From IMG/VR virus record IMGVR_UViG_3300031949_000066, positions 1 to 46,877 of that record: a DNA stretch of 46,877 nucleotides; one strand, given 5' to 3'. Shown here one piece after another: positions 24,044 to 33,383 of the stretch; positions within the stretch are counted from its first letter, which is position 1; each line of letters opens with the position of its first letter. The notes under the pieces are model-generated. The model searched no databases, was not told the DNA's origin, and saw only the letters and a list, made by a program, of their open reading frames with translations. Origin of the DNA: a virus. Lineage: Duplodnaviria; Caudoviricetes. A program made the translations under genes and the position numbers.

Positions 24044-25177
24044 CTACGAATCGGAATATGAGATGTATAAACCACCCACAAAAATCAATGACCTCGTACC
24101 ACCACCGACTTTAGCCACATCAACTGCACCTGATGCACCAATGTATCCCCCTGCACTAAACCCCGTATTGCTGGTAAAAAGCCCATTGGTCGTGATGGTC
24201 CCATCAATGTTTAAAATCAACTGACTTGTGTTTGTACCTGTATAAATCTTTAATGGTCTAACAGCATACGAACCATTGGTCCCTGCTTTTACTGTAGCTA
24301 TTATATACGCGGCCAACGTGGTATTATACCCCATACTCAGGTACTCAACATTGGAAAAAGTAGGCCATCCATCTATTTTACCAGCAATTAAGTAGCCTAC
24401 ATTCTCAGCAACGCTACTTAAACTTGATGGGATTAGCCTCACAGATGTTGTCGCCCCATCCGTTCGTCGCACGGATAGTCCGCTCACTAAATTAGCTACC
24501 TCTATAGTAGAGGTGTTGACTAAATTAAGGGCATAGTTCAAGCTGAGGGTGTTAGTAGCAAACGTCAAATTCGCCGAATCCGTCAACAAACCAGCGGTCG
24601 TTGCTAAAGTCACATACCCCGAATGAAGGGCTGAGTTAGTTATACCACCGAAGGTTACAGATGATGTCGTCTTTACTGCTTGATTCAAGTAGTCTACCGA
24701 TACGAGTTTTTTATCCGCGTCGGTCATCAACGCCTGTGAAGCCGTCAAGTTCACCAACGTAATATCAGCAAAAGACACTGAATCCCCGCTTTTATAGTAT
24801 TCATTCGTGTCAAGAGCAAATGTACCCGCTGCGGACATTTTTACAAACGAAGTGGAAGCAAATGTCAGGCCGGCGAGCGAAGTTAGATTCGTCGCAAGCT
24901 CCTGAAATCCCGTGTGCCCCGCTGAAGCGAAGTCTAAATTCGCCAGGGTAGAGTGGTCCCCACCGCTTACCGACGAGATATATCCGGCTAAAGCATGGTC
25001 GCCCCAGCTATAAGCGTCATTCCAATTTCCTACGATGGCCGAAGAAATCGTTTCGCCATCTATGGTCAGACCACCGAACGTAGGCGTCGAAGTCGCATCG
25101 ATACGTTTTGCGAGTTTACGCAAAGCGTACTCTATGCTTTTCCAGTCACCTTCAATGATTTCTGGCACTAACGACAT
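24044..25177 (-). CDS. Tail fibre-like protein
   Basis: Thr/Ser/Gly/Ala-rich; SPTFGGLT, WNDAYSWGDHALAGY, DHSTLANLD...HT and LNQAVKTTSSVTF fibre-type segments. Confidence 0.7.
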   Translation of the reverse strand: MSLVPEIIEGDWKSIEYALRKLAKRIDATSTPTFGGLTIDGETISSAIVGNWNDAYSWGDHALAGYISSVSGGDHSTLANLDFASAGHTGFQELATNLTSLAGLTFASTSFVKMSAAGTFALDTNEYYKSGDSVSFADITLVNLTASQALMTDADKKLVSVDYLNQAVKTTSSVTFGGITNSALHSGYVTLATTAGLLTDSANLTFATNTLSLNYALNLVNTSTIEVANLVSGLSVRRTDGATTSVRLIPSSLSSVAENVGYLIAGKIDGWPTFSNVEYLSMGYNTTLAAYIIATVKAGTNGSYAVRPLKIYTGTNTSQLILNIDGTITTNGLFTSNTGFSAGGYIGASGAVDVAKVGGGTRSLIFVGGLYISYSDS

Positions 25178-25178
25178 G

Positions 25179-25796
25179 TTATTTAGCAAGCCCTAAAGGT
25201 ATATTCCACTGACCGTTTGTATCCTGGGTGTATTTTTTACCATTTATCGTGACCCAATTCGACTCTGGCATAGCTGACCTTAAAGACTGCGGCATAGCTA
25301 TGTCGTCATTGTTACCGAGGTTTAGCGTAGGTAAGGCCGAGGATTTAGCGGAAGAATTTCCTTCCATCCCGCGGGCACGCCAGGCCGCCATTTGTTGTTC
25401 GTAATCCTGTTGTGCCCGTGATACGCCTTGTGAAACTGGGGCAAACGCAGAACTCGTAAGTTTAGACGGGGCTATAGTCGTAACTGTACCTATTCTATTT
25501 TCTGGCAAATTAGCGTAATAACTTGCTTCCTGTCCCATGATATCAGTAAGCCGGCCTATACGTTCTGTTTCAGCCTGGGCAAGACGCGGAGCAGCTACGT
25601 CTTCAGCAAACGCATTAGCAAGACCACCGGCTACAGAAGTACCAGCGAGCCCTGAGCTTACTAAATTCGACATACCTTTTGCCACAGATTGTTTTCCCAG
25701 CCGGTCGAGTTGGGCCTGTATTCCAGACAGGTAGCTTCCACCAGGGGCGTATAATGCTTTCATTTGCGCATAAATATCGGATGGTTTCGTTGCCAT
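25179..25796 (-). CDS. Putative internal virion / DNA-transfer protein
   Basis: NLVSSGLAGTSVAGG-type segment; follows the nozzle gene. Confidence 0.6.
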   Translation of the reverse strand: MATKPSDIYAQMKALYAPGGSYLSGIQAQLDRLGKQSVAKGMSNLVSSGLAGTSVAGGLANAFAEDVAAPRLAQAETERIGRLTDIMGQEASYYANLPENRIGTVTTIAPSKLTSSAFAPVSQGVSRAQQDYEQQMAAWRARGMEGNSSAKSSALPTLNLGNNDDIAMPQSLRSAMPESNWVTINGKKYTQDTNGQWNIPLGLAK

Positions 25797-27364
25797 TATT
25801 TCGCCTTTCCGCTCAAACTACCGTCAACAAATAAAGTTTCAAACGCCCAGCTTTCGTCGAGCGTGATATTTTCTAATCTGATAATCCCATACAAACCACT
25901 TGCCGATTGACGCCTCGACGAACCCCTGAAATTACCTGGGCCTTTAAATGTGCCGCCGAGTCGTGGGGCCGTGTTTGCTTTTGCTGATTTTATAGCATCT
26001 GCGGCCGAGCGAGCGACAAATACTTTATACGCCACGTCATCGGAATCTGCATCCGTGGAAGCTACGCCTGTAGCAACTGTGAGGTCAATGCTTTCGATTG
26101 AACCTTCCTTACGCTGCCCGTCCCCTAATGCGAGCGGGCCTATCGTAGTGTAACTATTTATTGCCACATCAGCGGCACCGCCGTCATCGCTTTTTGCTGC
26201 TTCATCATAACGCCGGATATAGCCGTCCGTACAACCTACAAGCACGCCGTCAAGAGTTTTATCCCCGGACTCGTAATGCAGCCCTGAGTAAACAGCACAA
26301 GCGGCCGGATATGTTTCCGGGAAAAACCCGCCTATTTTTGCCTCGCCGTCCACTGCTGCAAAACTATAAAAATAATTTGAGTTCGAGCCATCCGCTAATT
26401 TTGTTACCGAGATAACTATGCCGGCCCGTGAAGCATCGTATATCATGCTGATTCTATGGGTGAGATTAGAAGCGTTCTCGTCGGAAACTAATCGCGGGAG
26501 CCGTATGCGCGAAATTAAAGTCGGGACGCCTGGAACCGTAGCCCGGTAAATACCGTCTTTGCCCCAGAAATATAACTCTCCATCTGGCCCCCAGCACCAC
26601 GAAGTCGGGCAGAAAATACCCGTGTTAGAGTCGAACGAGCGTAATTGTCCGCCGTCCATCGGGTCGCCAAATAGAACCCACATCGAGCCTGCACAACCGA
26701 AAACAAGATAGTCGTCTTTGTGGGGGATAAGGGCTTTTATAATATCGCCCATAACTCCGGCGTCTGAGTTGCCGCCTTTTACCGGCGAGCCTGCGTCGTT
26801 TACTGCGTATTTCCAATCGTAAGGATTTCCAGAGCGGGACATGTACCACTGGTAAGGCTCGCCTGGATTGCCAGATAAAACTACGCGATTTCTATACCGG
26901 CAAACTAAATAGGCTTTTTCTGGCATCGTGCCGTACTCAGTTGTCCCTATCGTGGCTTGTACGGTCCAAGTACGCCAGTGCGGTGTGGCGGTAACTGTCG
27001 CAGGGGTGAACGCCGAACCGCCACCGGCCGCGGGGTCGGTGACGCTATGCGTTGTGTCGAAGGCCGTAGCCCCGCCTGCGTAATACGCAAAACCATACAC
27101 AGTCTGTTTAGTAGATTCTGTATAGTCAACGACCATATAGGCATACGCTCCGCCCGTCTGGTCCTGGGCAAGGAGCGTGCCATTTTTATGGGCGACCGAA
27201 GGGGCCACCGCAATAGTAAGTTTCGTATTAACGAAATCGACTATTTTTAATTTTGCACCGTTGGCGATAAAACACTTCTGAAACGCCTCTGCCATAGAGA
27301 GGTGGTCAGACGTATCTATATCATCGCGTGCAGCTTCGAGTTCGACCATCGTTCCAGCGCTCAT
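25796..27364 (-). CDS. Tail nozzle / DNA-stabilisation protein (P22 gp10-like beta-propeller), main part
   Basis: Blade motifs YRNRVVLSG, WYMSRSGNPYDW, DIIKALIP, LVFGC, ELYFWGKDGIY; beta-sandwich-like C-terminus. Confidence 0.72.
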   Translation of the reverse strand: MSAGTMVELEAARDDIDTSDHLSMAEAFQKCFIANGAKLKIVDFVNTKLTIAVAPSVAHKNGTLLAQDQTGGAYAYMVVDYTESTKQTVYGFAYYAGGATAFDTTHSVTDPAAGGGSAFTPATVTATPHWRTWTVQATIGTTEYGTMPEKAYLVCRYRNRVVLSGNPGEPYQWYMSRSGNPYDWKYAVNDAGSPVKGGNSDAGVMGDIIKALIPHKDDYLVFGCAGSMWVLFGDPMDGGQLRSFDSNTGIFCPTSWCWGPDGELYFWGKDGIYRATVPGVPTLISRIRLPRLVSDENASNLTHRISMIYDASRAGIVISVTKLADGSNSNYFYSFAAVDGEAKIGGFFPETYPAACAVYSGLHYESGDKTLDGVLVGCTDGYIRRYDEAAKSDDGGAADVAINSYTTIGPLALGDGQRKEGSIESIDLTVATGVASTDADSDDVAYKVFVARSAADAIKSAKANTAPRLGGTFKGPGNFRGSSRRQSASGLYGIIRLENITLDESWAFETLFVDGSLSGKAK

Positions 27365-27387
27365 ATTATATGCTTTCGTACCAAATT
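27362..27387 (-). repeat. Direct repeat copy B AATTTGGTACGA-N4-ATATAATATG (IWYExI, stop, ATG)
   Basis: 22 of 26 nt identical to 28507-28532. Confidence 0.85.
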
Positions 27388-28121
27388 TGATTCGAGCCGG
27401 CTACGACTAAACGCGAGTTTGTCGAGAACTGCTCGAACTTAAAAAGTTTTACTAAACGAGAATTTATTGCAACTGCCATAGCGAGCGAGCCAGTAATAAA
27501 AACATCGCCGCTCAATAACCCTGACCCAGTAAATAAAAGTGCAGATGCCCCATCTATTAAAAAATCTCCGGTTAAATCCCCGCTCTGTCCTAACACCAGG
27601 TTAACCGACCCAGAAATTTCATGGTCCACGACATCAGGGGAATACGTTTCAAACATCCCATCGGACCCGGCAAAACTTGTGATGTCCCACGTTGACCCAG
27701 AATCGGACGAAAACGCAACGAGTCCACCCGCATACGTAGGGGATGTCTGGTCCCTTCTCCATCGCATACAGTTCGTCGAATTAGCTCCGTTAGTCCGTAT
27801 AACTATAGCATACTGCGTACCACTGGATAGGGCATACGGCGTTGAAAACACAACCTCAACCCACACCCCGGATGCTGATGTGGACAAGGTAGATATGTCT
27901 AATGTACCAGATGTTATATCTGCCCCAGACGGCGACCCTGCGGTAGTGTCGCGCAGGGAAACAGTAAGGAGTGACACTGTACCTACACGATACGCCAGTA
28001 GTTTGACTGATGATATGCTATAACTACCCGATGCTGTGAAAGTCTGGGCTACCCATGACGTACCTGATATGCTGAGCAGTGCGTCGTCCCCAGTATTGTA
28101 GTAGTCCTGCAACGTGGCCAT
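27366..28121 (-). CDS. Beta-rich virion appendage protein ending RLVVAGSNQIWYESI
   Basis: AQTFTA...ISSVKL...LSSGTQYAIVI jelly-roll-like domain; SSDSGSTW Asp-box. Confidence 0.7.
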   Translation of the reverse strand: MATLQDYYNTGDDALLSISGTSWVAQTFTASGSYSISSVKLLAYRVGTVSLLTVSLRDTTAGSPSGADITSGTLDISTLSTSASGVWVEVVFSTPYALSSGTQYAIVIRTNGANSTNCMRWRRDQTSPTYAGGLVAFSSDSGSTWDITSFAGSDGMFETYSPDVVDHEISGSVNLVLGQSGDLTGDFLIDGASALLFTGSGLLSGDVFITGSLAMAVAINSRLVKLFKFEQFSTNSRLVVAGSNQIWYESI

Positions 28122-28122
28122 A

Positions 28123-28509
28123 TTAGTCCAGCGTGACCTCTAAAGTCCCAGCGGTGAATTTTACCGTATCGCCGGTGCCAACTACTTTAGACGAGGCTAA
28201 CGCACCCCCGGCCAGAAAATTACCGGCGGTATCAGCGTCGAATAAACCGAAGTGTGTGATAGTGCCCCAGGCTGCCGCAGCAGCCGCGAATTCCACGGCT
28301 GCGTCGTTTACTACTGAATCATCAGTACGGGTAGTAGCTCCGAGAGCTATGCGGGTGTAATCGGTCCCGACCGTGGATACCTCGCCGCTCGCCCCTGTTT
28401 CTTCTGGGTCGGCTGTGAACAGGGCGACGTACCAGGTTGGTGCGGTGTAGGCCGCTTCATCGAATATATGGTCTAAAATGGCGGCTTCCAGATAATTACT
28501 CGCTGACAT
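28123..28509 (-). CDS. Minor tail / structural protein
   Basis: SNYLEAAILDH...YVALFTADP...Y.RI...WGTITHFGLFDA..GN family pattern; ATG 28509. Confidence 0.8.
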   Translation of the reverse strand: MSASNYLEAAILDHIFDEAAYTAPTWYVALFTADPEETGASGEVSTVGTDYTRIALGATTRTDDSVVNDAAVEFAAAAAAWGTITHFGLFDADTAGNFLAGGALASSKVVGTGDTVKFTAGTLEVTLD

Positions 28510-28532
28510 ATTATATATCCTCGTACCAAATT
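28507..28532 (-). repeat. Direct repeat copy A AATTTGGTACGA-N4-ATATAATATG
   Basis: Pairs with 27362-27387. Confidence 0.85.
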
Positions 28533-29656
28533 CTATCGTCTGCGGCTGCAATCAGCCGCCGTTTCTGATGTACTGTACTGTCCCCGGACGGCAAAGGTGC
28601 CCCGGCTAAAACCGTCGTAGTAAACGTCCACGTTGCTCCGGTGTTCGTTGAACCCGCCCTTTTTGCTACAACGTACCACGTATAAGTGTTCCCGTAGCTA
28701 AGCCCGGTTGCAGGGGTGGAAAATGCAGTCGCGGAACCTTTAGGCACATCCGCGGCAATTTTATTTTCTTCGAGGTAAACATCGAAAGTAACGCCTGGCC
28801 CTGTACTAAAATTTTCCCACTCTAATTGTAAACTGGATGGGCTTAAATCCGTTGCGGTATCAGCCGGCGTCGGATTTACGGGCGATGTGAGGACATTTCC
28901 TATGGTCGTAGTCGAGAACGTCAGGTGCTCGCTCTCAAGCTCGAAATTGTCATAGGTCGAACCGTCGTAGACGGCTACGGCGTACCATTCATACGTCTCA
29001 CTCTGCTCTATAGTTAGTCCGTCCGTCTCGAACATCCATACGTCGCCGCCAACGAAGGTGGCATCACCCACGTAGTCTGCCCCCGAAAACGTGTCCCCAA
29101 AATAAATTTTTATGGTATTCGCATTTGCAGTATTATGCAGTAATAGAAATACAATATCTGTTTCAACATCTTCAGCCTCGTCCGCTGGGTAATATCCAAC
29201 TGGAAGGTCTGGGATTTGTATTCCACCTACCGCACGTATTCCGTCTGTGGCAAACGAGAACGTATCGAAAGATGGTGCCCCATCCAGTAATACGCCCAAA
29301 CCAGAGCTACGTAACTGCCATCCAAGCACCCATTGAGTCGCCGGGGTCCACGATGTACCGCCGTCATTGCTGTAAAACATACTGGCGAACTGTCCCAGGT
29401 GTTGATTTAAAGACGTCCCCGCAGCAAAACACGCCACCCAATAATATCGGCCAGGGACACATTCATACGGACCAATAGAGAAGTCAGAAACCAGCGTTCC
29501 AGACGGCCGGGAAGAAGCCAATATCGCCCCGGTGTCAGCAACAACGGTGGCATCTGCAAAATCAGAGGTCAGGCTTTCATAGAGCTTATATGAAAATGAC
29601 CCGGCTCCACCGCCACCGTGTGTCGCGGCTCTAATTGAGTCTACGACTAATGACAC
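28511..29656 (-). CDS. Virion appendage protein with two FN3/Ig-like domains, ending RLIAAADDRIWYEDI
   Basis: PADEAEDV...ETYEWYAVA and PADTATDL...YGNTYTWYVVA...WTFTT; SNDGGTSW Asp-box. Confidence 0.75.
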   Translation of the reverse strand: MSLVVDSIRAATHGGGGAGSFSYKLYESLTSDFADATVVADTGAILASSRPSGTLVSDFSIGPYECVPGRYYWVACFAAGTSLNQHLGQFASMFYSNDGGTSWTPATQWVLGWQLRSSGLGVLLDGAPSFDTFSFATDGIRAVGGIQIPDLPVGYYPADEAEDVETDIVFLLLHNTANANTIKIYFGDTFSGADYVGDATFVGGDVWMFETDGLTIEQSETYEWYAVAVYDGSTYDNFELESEHLTFSTTTIGNVLTSPVNPTPADTATDLSPSSLQLEWENFSTGPGVTFDVYLEENKIAADVPKGSATAFSTPATGLSYGNTYTWYVVAKRAGSTNTGATWTFTTTVLAGAPLPSGDSTVHQKRRLIAAADDRIWYEDI

Positions 29657-29881
29657 TTAGTGTGCACTCCGTACCAAACACATCGCTACGACAGGCTGTT
29701 CCACTCCACCTATTTGCGTACCTGCACCCCACTTGTCCAGGCCGGGTCGCTGTCCCAGTCGTACACGACCTTCAAGCGAACAAATCGGCCGGACATTTTT
29801 TAAGTCAGGGGAAGTTAAAGCTGGCTGTTTTGAGGCAGCACCGCTTTTATCAATTCCGAACAGAGGGGGTTGAAGTTCCAT
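29657..29881 (-). CDS. Small virion protein resembling the N-terminus of a gp10-like nozzle
   Basis: PLFGID...TSPDLKNVRP...GRVRLGQRPGLDK. Confidence 0.65.
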   Translation of the reverse strand: MELQPPLFGIDKSGAASKQPALTSPDLKNVRPICSLEGRVRLGQRPGLDKWGAGTQIGGVEQPVVAMCLVRSAH

Positions 29882-29884
29882 AGC

Positions 29885-30148
29885 TTAGTCCCCGGCTACT
29901 GTAACCAGATTAAAGTTCGCTGACGCTTTCGTGCCGATATTGCAATACAGCTTCGATGTGGTCGTTCCGTCAACGTCGATAAAAATACAGCCAGGGGCGT
30001 ATCCTGTGGCCGCATCGGACGGAACAGTAATGCCATAGCATAGCATAATTCCATCTTCGCTAACGAAGATATTTCGTACCGCGGCTACGCCGGCAGGAGC
30101 AGGGACCATATCGTGCAAACTTTGTGACATTCCAGAAGGATTAAACAT
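29885..30148 (-). CDS. Small virion protein
   Basis: GGAG RBS; P...GYAPGCIFID...LYCNIGT pattern. Confidence 0.7.
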   Translation of the reverse strand: MFNPSGMSQSLHDMVPAPAGVAAVRNIFVSEDGIMLCYGITVPSDAATGYAPGCIFIDVDGTTTSKLYCNIGTKASANFNLVTVAGD

Positions 30149-30150
30149 TT

Positions 30151-31410
30151 TTACTCTCCATTATAAGTTACGTCTTTCCAAGTGAAACCGCGTTCCACAT
30201 TTCTTCCACAGTTTAAACTTCCTACGCTCCTGGGTGCCGCACCTTTATCTATGCGGTACGCCGAAGGGAGCGAGACTTTATGAAAATACTCTATCGCTCC
30301 ATTTATTACATCTTTAATCTGCATTTCAATCTGACATTTACAAGCATCCACAACAGTCTGGTCCATGAACATCCCGGCCGGATGTACGTTTGCTACGGGC
30401 TGAACTACATAAGCTGAAGTCGTGTCAGGGGTAGAACCACCCGACAAAGCCGCAAACGTAAACGTCTGAGTAGCGTGGTCAAAGCCTGTAATCGTTGCTG
30501 TTTCGCCCGCACCTGTCCCGTCCAGTATAGTGAGTATCCAATCGTTAAAATAATCATTGGCTTCAAAACGATTTGTCGTATCCACAAGTGTAGTCGCTGA
30601 ACCGTCTGTTGCAATGCCTGACTCTAACCGCAACTGGTCAAAACAGGCTGTGTAAGGGATTTCAATCGTATCCGCAGCGACAGGTTGCGGGTCTATAATT
30701 AACTCCCAACGCCGTGAGACACCGAGAGAAGATGTCGGTAAGTAAGGGCGTACCGCAATTCTAAACGGGTAGCCAGTGTTCGGGCCGTCTTGTCTGATAC
30801 GGCGTATTTCAGATTCATCACACCAGATTAACGGTGTTCCATGAGTTGTGTTTTTAGCATAGGTGGCGTTTCCTAAAACTGCACCGCCGAAATCTTCCGG
30901 CATTAAATACCGGGAAGGGTCATAATTTATTAAACCAGAAGCGTCGTCGAATACTCTATAAACACTTGTCGAGTCCGGTGTCCCGTCCCCAGACAAAGCC
31001 GTAAAAGCAAATGTTCCGGTTGAGCTTGTGTAATCCGTTATAGTTGCATATTGTCCGACTGCTGTACCAGACTCTATGTACAATGTCCAGCCGTTAAAAT
31101 AATCATCGTCTTCATCGCGGTCGCTATCGACTAAAGTTGCAGCCGTACCGCTCTCAGCCGTACCTTCTACCCAAGTGGGAAAAGTTATCGAAGCTAATCT
31201 TCGACGCCATTTCCAACCGTTCTCAGGTTGCAATGAAATAAACATGCGGATAGCATCGTTTACAATTCGCTTGCAGCGGTCGAGGTCGTGCCTGTCTACG
31301 GGAACCATCGCAGGTTTCTGACCTGTGGAACCGTAGAACGCAGAACCAATCGTCTCGGCTACGCGAACGACTATATCAGCAAAAGTTAAAGCACTTGTTG
31401 GTTCGGCCAT
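30151..31410 (-). CDS. Head-tail adaptor (tail tubular A-like) with two copies of an inserted beta domain
   Basis: LTFADIV...IVNDAI...WKW, RYLMPEDF and IDPQP adaptor motifs; duplicated TLVD...DYFN.W.L.I..GT..G..ATIT. Confidence 0.72.
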   Translation of the reverse strand: MAEPTSALTFADIVVRVAETIGSAFYGSTGQKPAMVPVDRHDLDRCKRIVNDAIRMFISLQPENGWKWRRRLASITFPTWVEGTAESGTAATLVDSDRDEDDDYFNGWTLYIESGTAVGQYATITDYTSSTGTFAFTALSGDGTPDSTSVYRVFDDASGLINYDPSRYLMPEDFGGAVLGNATYAKNTTHGTPLIWCDESEIRRIRQDGPNTGYPFRIAVRPYLPTSSLGVSRRWELIIDPQPVAADTIEIPYTACFDQLRLESGIATDGSATTLVDTTNRFEANDYFNDWILTILDGTGAGETATITGFDHATQTFTFAALSGGSTPDTTSAYVVQPVANVHPAGMFMDQTVVDACKCQIEMQIKDVINGAIEYFHKVSLPSAYRIDKGAAPRSVGSLNCGRNVERGFTWKDVTYNGE

Positions 31411-31421
31411 ATAAAATCCTA

Positions 31422-31461
31422 AAAACCGAGTTTAGTGTAGTATATATACTACACTAAACCC
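31422..31461 (-). terminator. Hairpin built on a perfect 30-bp palindrome (31430-31459) followed by a T-tract; probable intrinsic terminator after the capsid genes
   Basis: GTTTAGTGTAGTATA|TATACTACACTAAAC, then TCGGTTTTT on the - strand. Confidence 0.7.
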
Positions 31462-31476
31462 AGTTAGAAAACTTAC

Positions 31477-32271
31477 TTAACCCTTCAGATTTACGAGTGG
31501 CCCATTACCAGCAGCACTACCCTCAACGATGTAGCCGGCAATCTGAGAACTCGAATACTCCGGAATCGTCGCACCTAACGAAGTATCAGTCGGGTCCAGG
31601 GAACCATCATGCCGCCAGAACACGGTCATGTCACCCTGCGAAGCACCAACACCACTCTGCGGGGGCAGCCAGATAATGCCGCTACGCTGCACCCAGAAAT
31701 ACTTCCCAGACGCTGAAACGTAGGCGGTTGGCACGCCCATCTTTGCGAGCACGTTCGAGGTTCCAGTACGCAGAGAAGCGTAAGGACTCTTATAGACTTC
31801 GCATTTGGACGTGGATGCTGTAATCGCATACGTGAGTTTGGCGTCCAGATACACGACAAACGCGGCGTTTGCATCAGCGGCGTCGTTACCGATAATACCA
31901 CGAATCGTGGTGTACGTATCGGACGCGCCATCGAACAGAACGATGTAGCCATTACGCAGTTCGTCTTCGGTCAGAGCGGCATGTGTGCCGGCAGGAACCG
32001 TGACGGACTTGGCACCAATCGCGTGCGAAGTGGCAAACGTACCGATTGCAACGTAACCGGCCTGTGTGGTTTCAGCACCGCGAGAAGCGGAGCACGCACC
32101 TGCGGAATACGAATAAACGAACTCTCGGTCGTTTACCTTTTTAACATCCCCAATCCAATAATCAGGATGCTTCACACTGGACACATCATACAGGAAGTCC
32201 AAGTCGGGCTGGTTGGAATAGCGAACCATACCTTCGCGGGCTTCGCTGGTTACAGAAATTTTACCTTGCAT
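31477..32271 (-). CDS. Putative capsid decoration / minor head protein
   Basis: Directly after the capsid gene; REFVYSY and GKYFWVQRSG motifs; AAGGAG RBS. Confidence 0.7.
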   Translation of the reverse strand: MQGKISVTSEAREGMVRYSNQPDLDFLYDVSSVKHPDYWIGDVKKVNDREFVYSYSAGACSASRGAETTQAGYVAIGTFATSHAIGAKSVTVPAGTHAALTEDELRNGYIVLFDGASDTYTTIRGIIGNDAADANAAFVVYLDAKLTYAITASTSKCEVYKSPYASLRTGTSNVLAKMGVPTAYVSASGKYFWVQRSGIIWLPPQSGVGASQGDMTVFWRHDGSLDPTDTSLGATIPEYSSSQIAGYIVEGSAAGNGPLVNLKG

Positions 32272-32285
32272 GTGTTACTCCTTAC

Positions 32286-33371
32286 TTACGAAGTTTTGTG
32301 GATAACGAAACCGGCAGTCCGGGCGTTAAGACACAGGTTATTATGGGCACCATTCAGATACACAGTGAATGTCTCCGGCTGGCCGCGGTCCGTCATGGGT
32401 TCAGACTCTTCCATCCAATAGCCATCATGTACAAACGGCTGGAACTTGGAGAAGTCAACGCAGTAAATGGGCGTATAGGAAGCACCATTCAACTGAGGAA
32501 TAGGTACAACCGGCAGGCGGTTAATCGTAACCATTCCGGTGTCATCCATGCGGATGTTACCCAAGAGTTCCTTGCCTGTAACCTTGTCATCACGCTTGTC
32601 AGCCAAATCCTGAAGCTGAACGTAATTATCGAAATCGCAATAAATACGTTTTGCCATGCTCGACGGATTCGCCGGGTCATTGACAATCAGCGGGGCCTTG
32701 AAACTGGTGTACACAAATGCAGTTCGAAACGCCTTCAACAGGGCGTTGTCTACCTGGGTGTACGTGGCCGCATAGTTACGCCACTTAGTTTCAGTAGCGG
32801 CGTCAATACCAGAGATATTCGTGGTAGTCGTCGCATCCTGGAACACAGCAGTCGCACCAACGAAACCAGCGGTCGAGTTAATCGAACCGGCAGCGTTGAA
32901 CATGCGGAGATAGTAGGGGACGCCGTTCGGATACAGGTCGTCGTTCGCGTTGGTGGGGGTCTTCCAAGCACGGTCTTCAATCAAGTCGGCCAGTGCCCAC
33001 AGGCCGTCCAACCGACGAACTTTCATCAGGCTGATAAAGCCCTTAGCGGAATTCTTATTCTGAAGGATTTCGAACTTATCCCAAGAATAGGAAGTACGCA
33101 AGCGGGTCCAGCCCACTTTAATCGTGGACATTACATCCGCGACTTTAGGCTCTTCTGTCTGGTAAGCCCGGACATAGTGAGCATTGCCGGAATTATCCAG
33201 CATTACTTTACGTTCAATCTGATTCCCGCCATCAATAACCATTCTTTCCTTCTGGTAGATTCGGCAGAATTCATAGGACTGGTTAGTCCACTGAACCTCG
33301 AACTCCTGCTTAGGAAGGTCGTTGAGGGTAAGGGCAATCAAATCGGCAAAATCACTGTTTTTCACAGACAT
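32286..33371 (-). CDS. Major capsid protein
   Basis: 361 aa between scaffold and decoration genes; DGGNQIE, PNGVPY, ISGID...KWRN; AAGGAG RBS. Confidence 0.85.
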   Translation of the reverse strand: MSVKNSDFADLIALTLNDLPKQEFEVQWTNQSYEFCRIYQKERMVIDGGNQIERKVMLDNSGNAHYVRAYQTEEPKVADVMSTIKVGWTRLRTSYSWDKFEILQNKNSAKGFISLMKVRRLDGLWALADLIEDRAWKTPTNANDDLYPNGVPYYLRMFNAAGSINSTAGFVGATAVFQDATTTTNISGIDAATETKWRNYAATYTQVDNALLKAFRTAFVYTSFKAPLIVNDPANPSSMAKRIYCDFDNYVQLQDLADKRDDKVTGKELLGNIRMDDTGMVTINRLPVVPIPQLNGASYTPIYCVDFSKFQPFVHDGYWMEESEPMTDRGQPETFTVYLNGAHNNLCLNARTAGFVIHKTS

Positions 33372-33383
33372 CGTGTAACTCCT

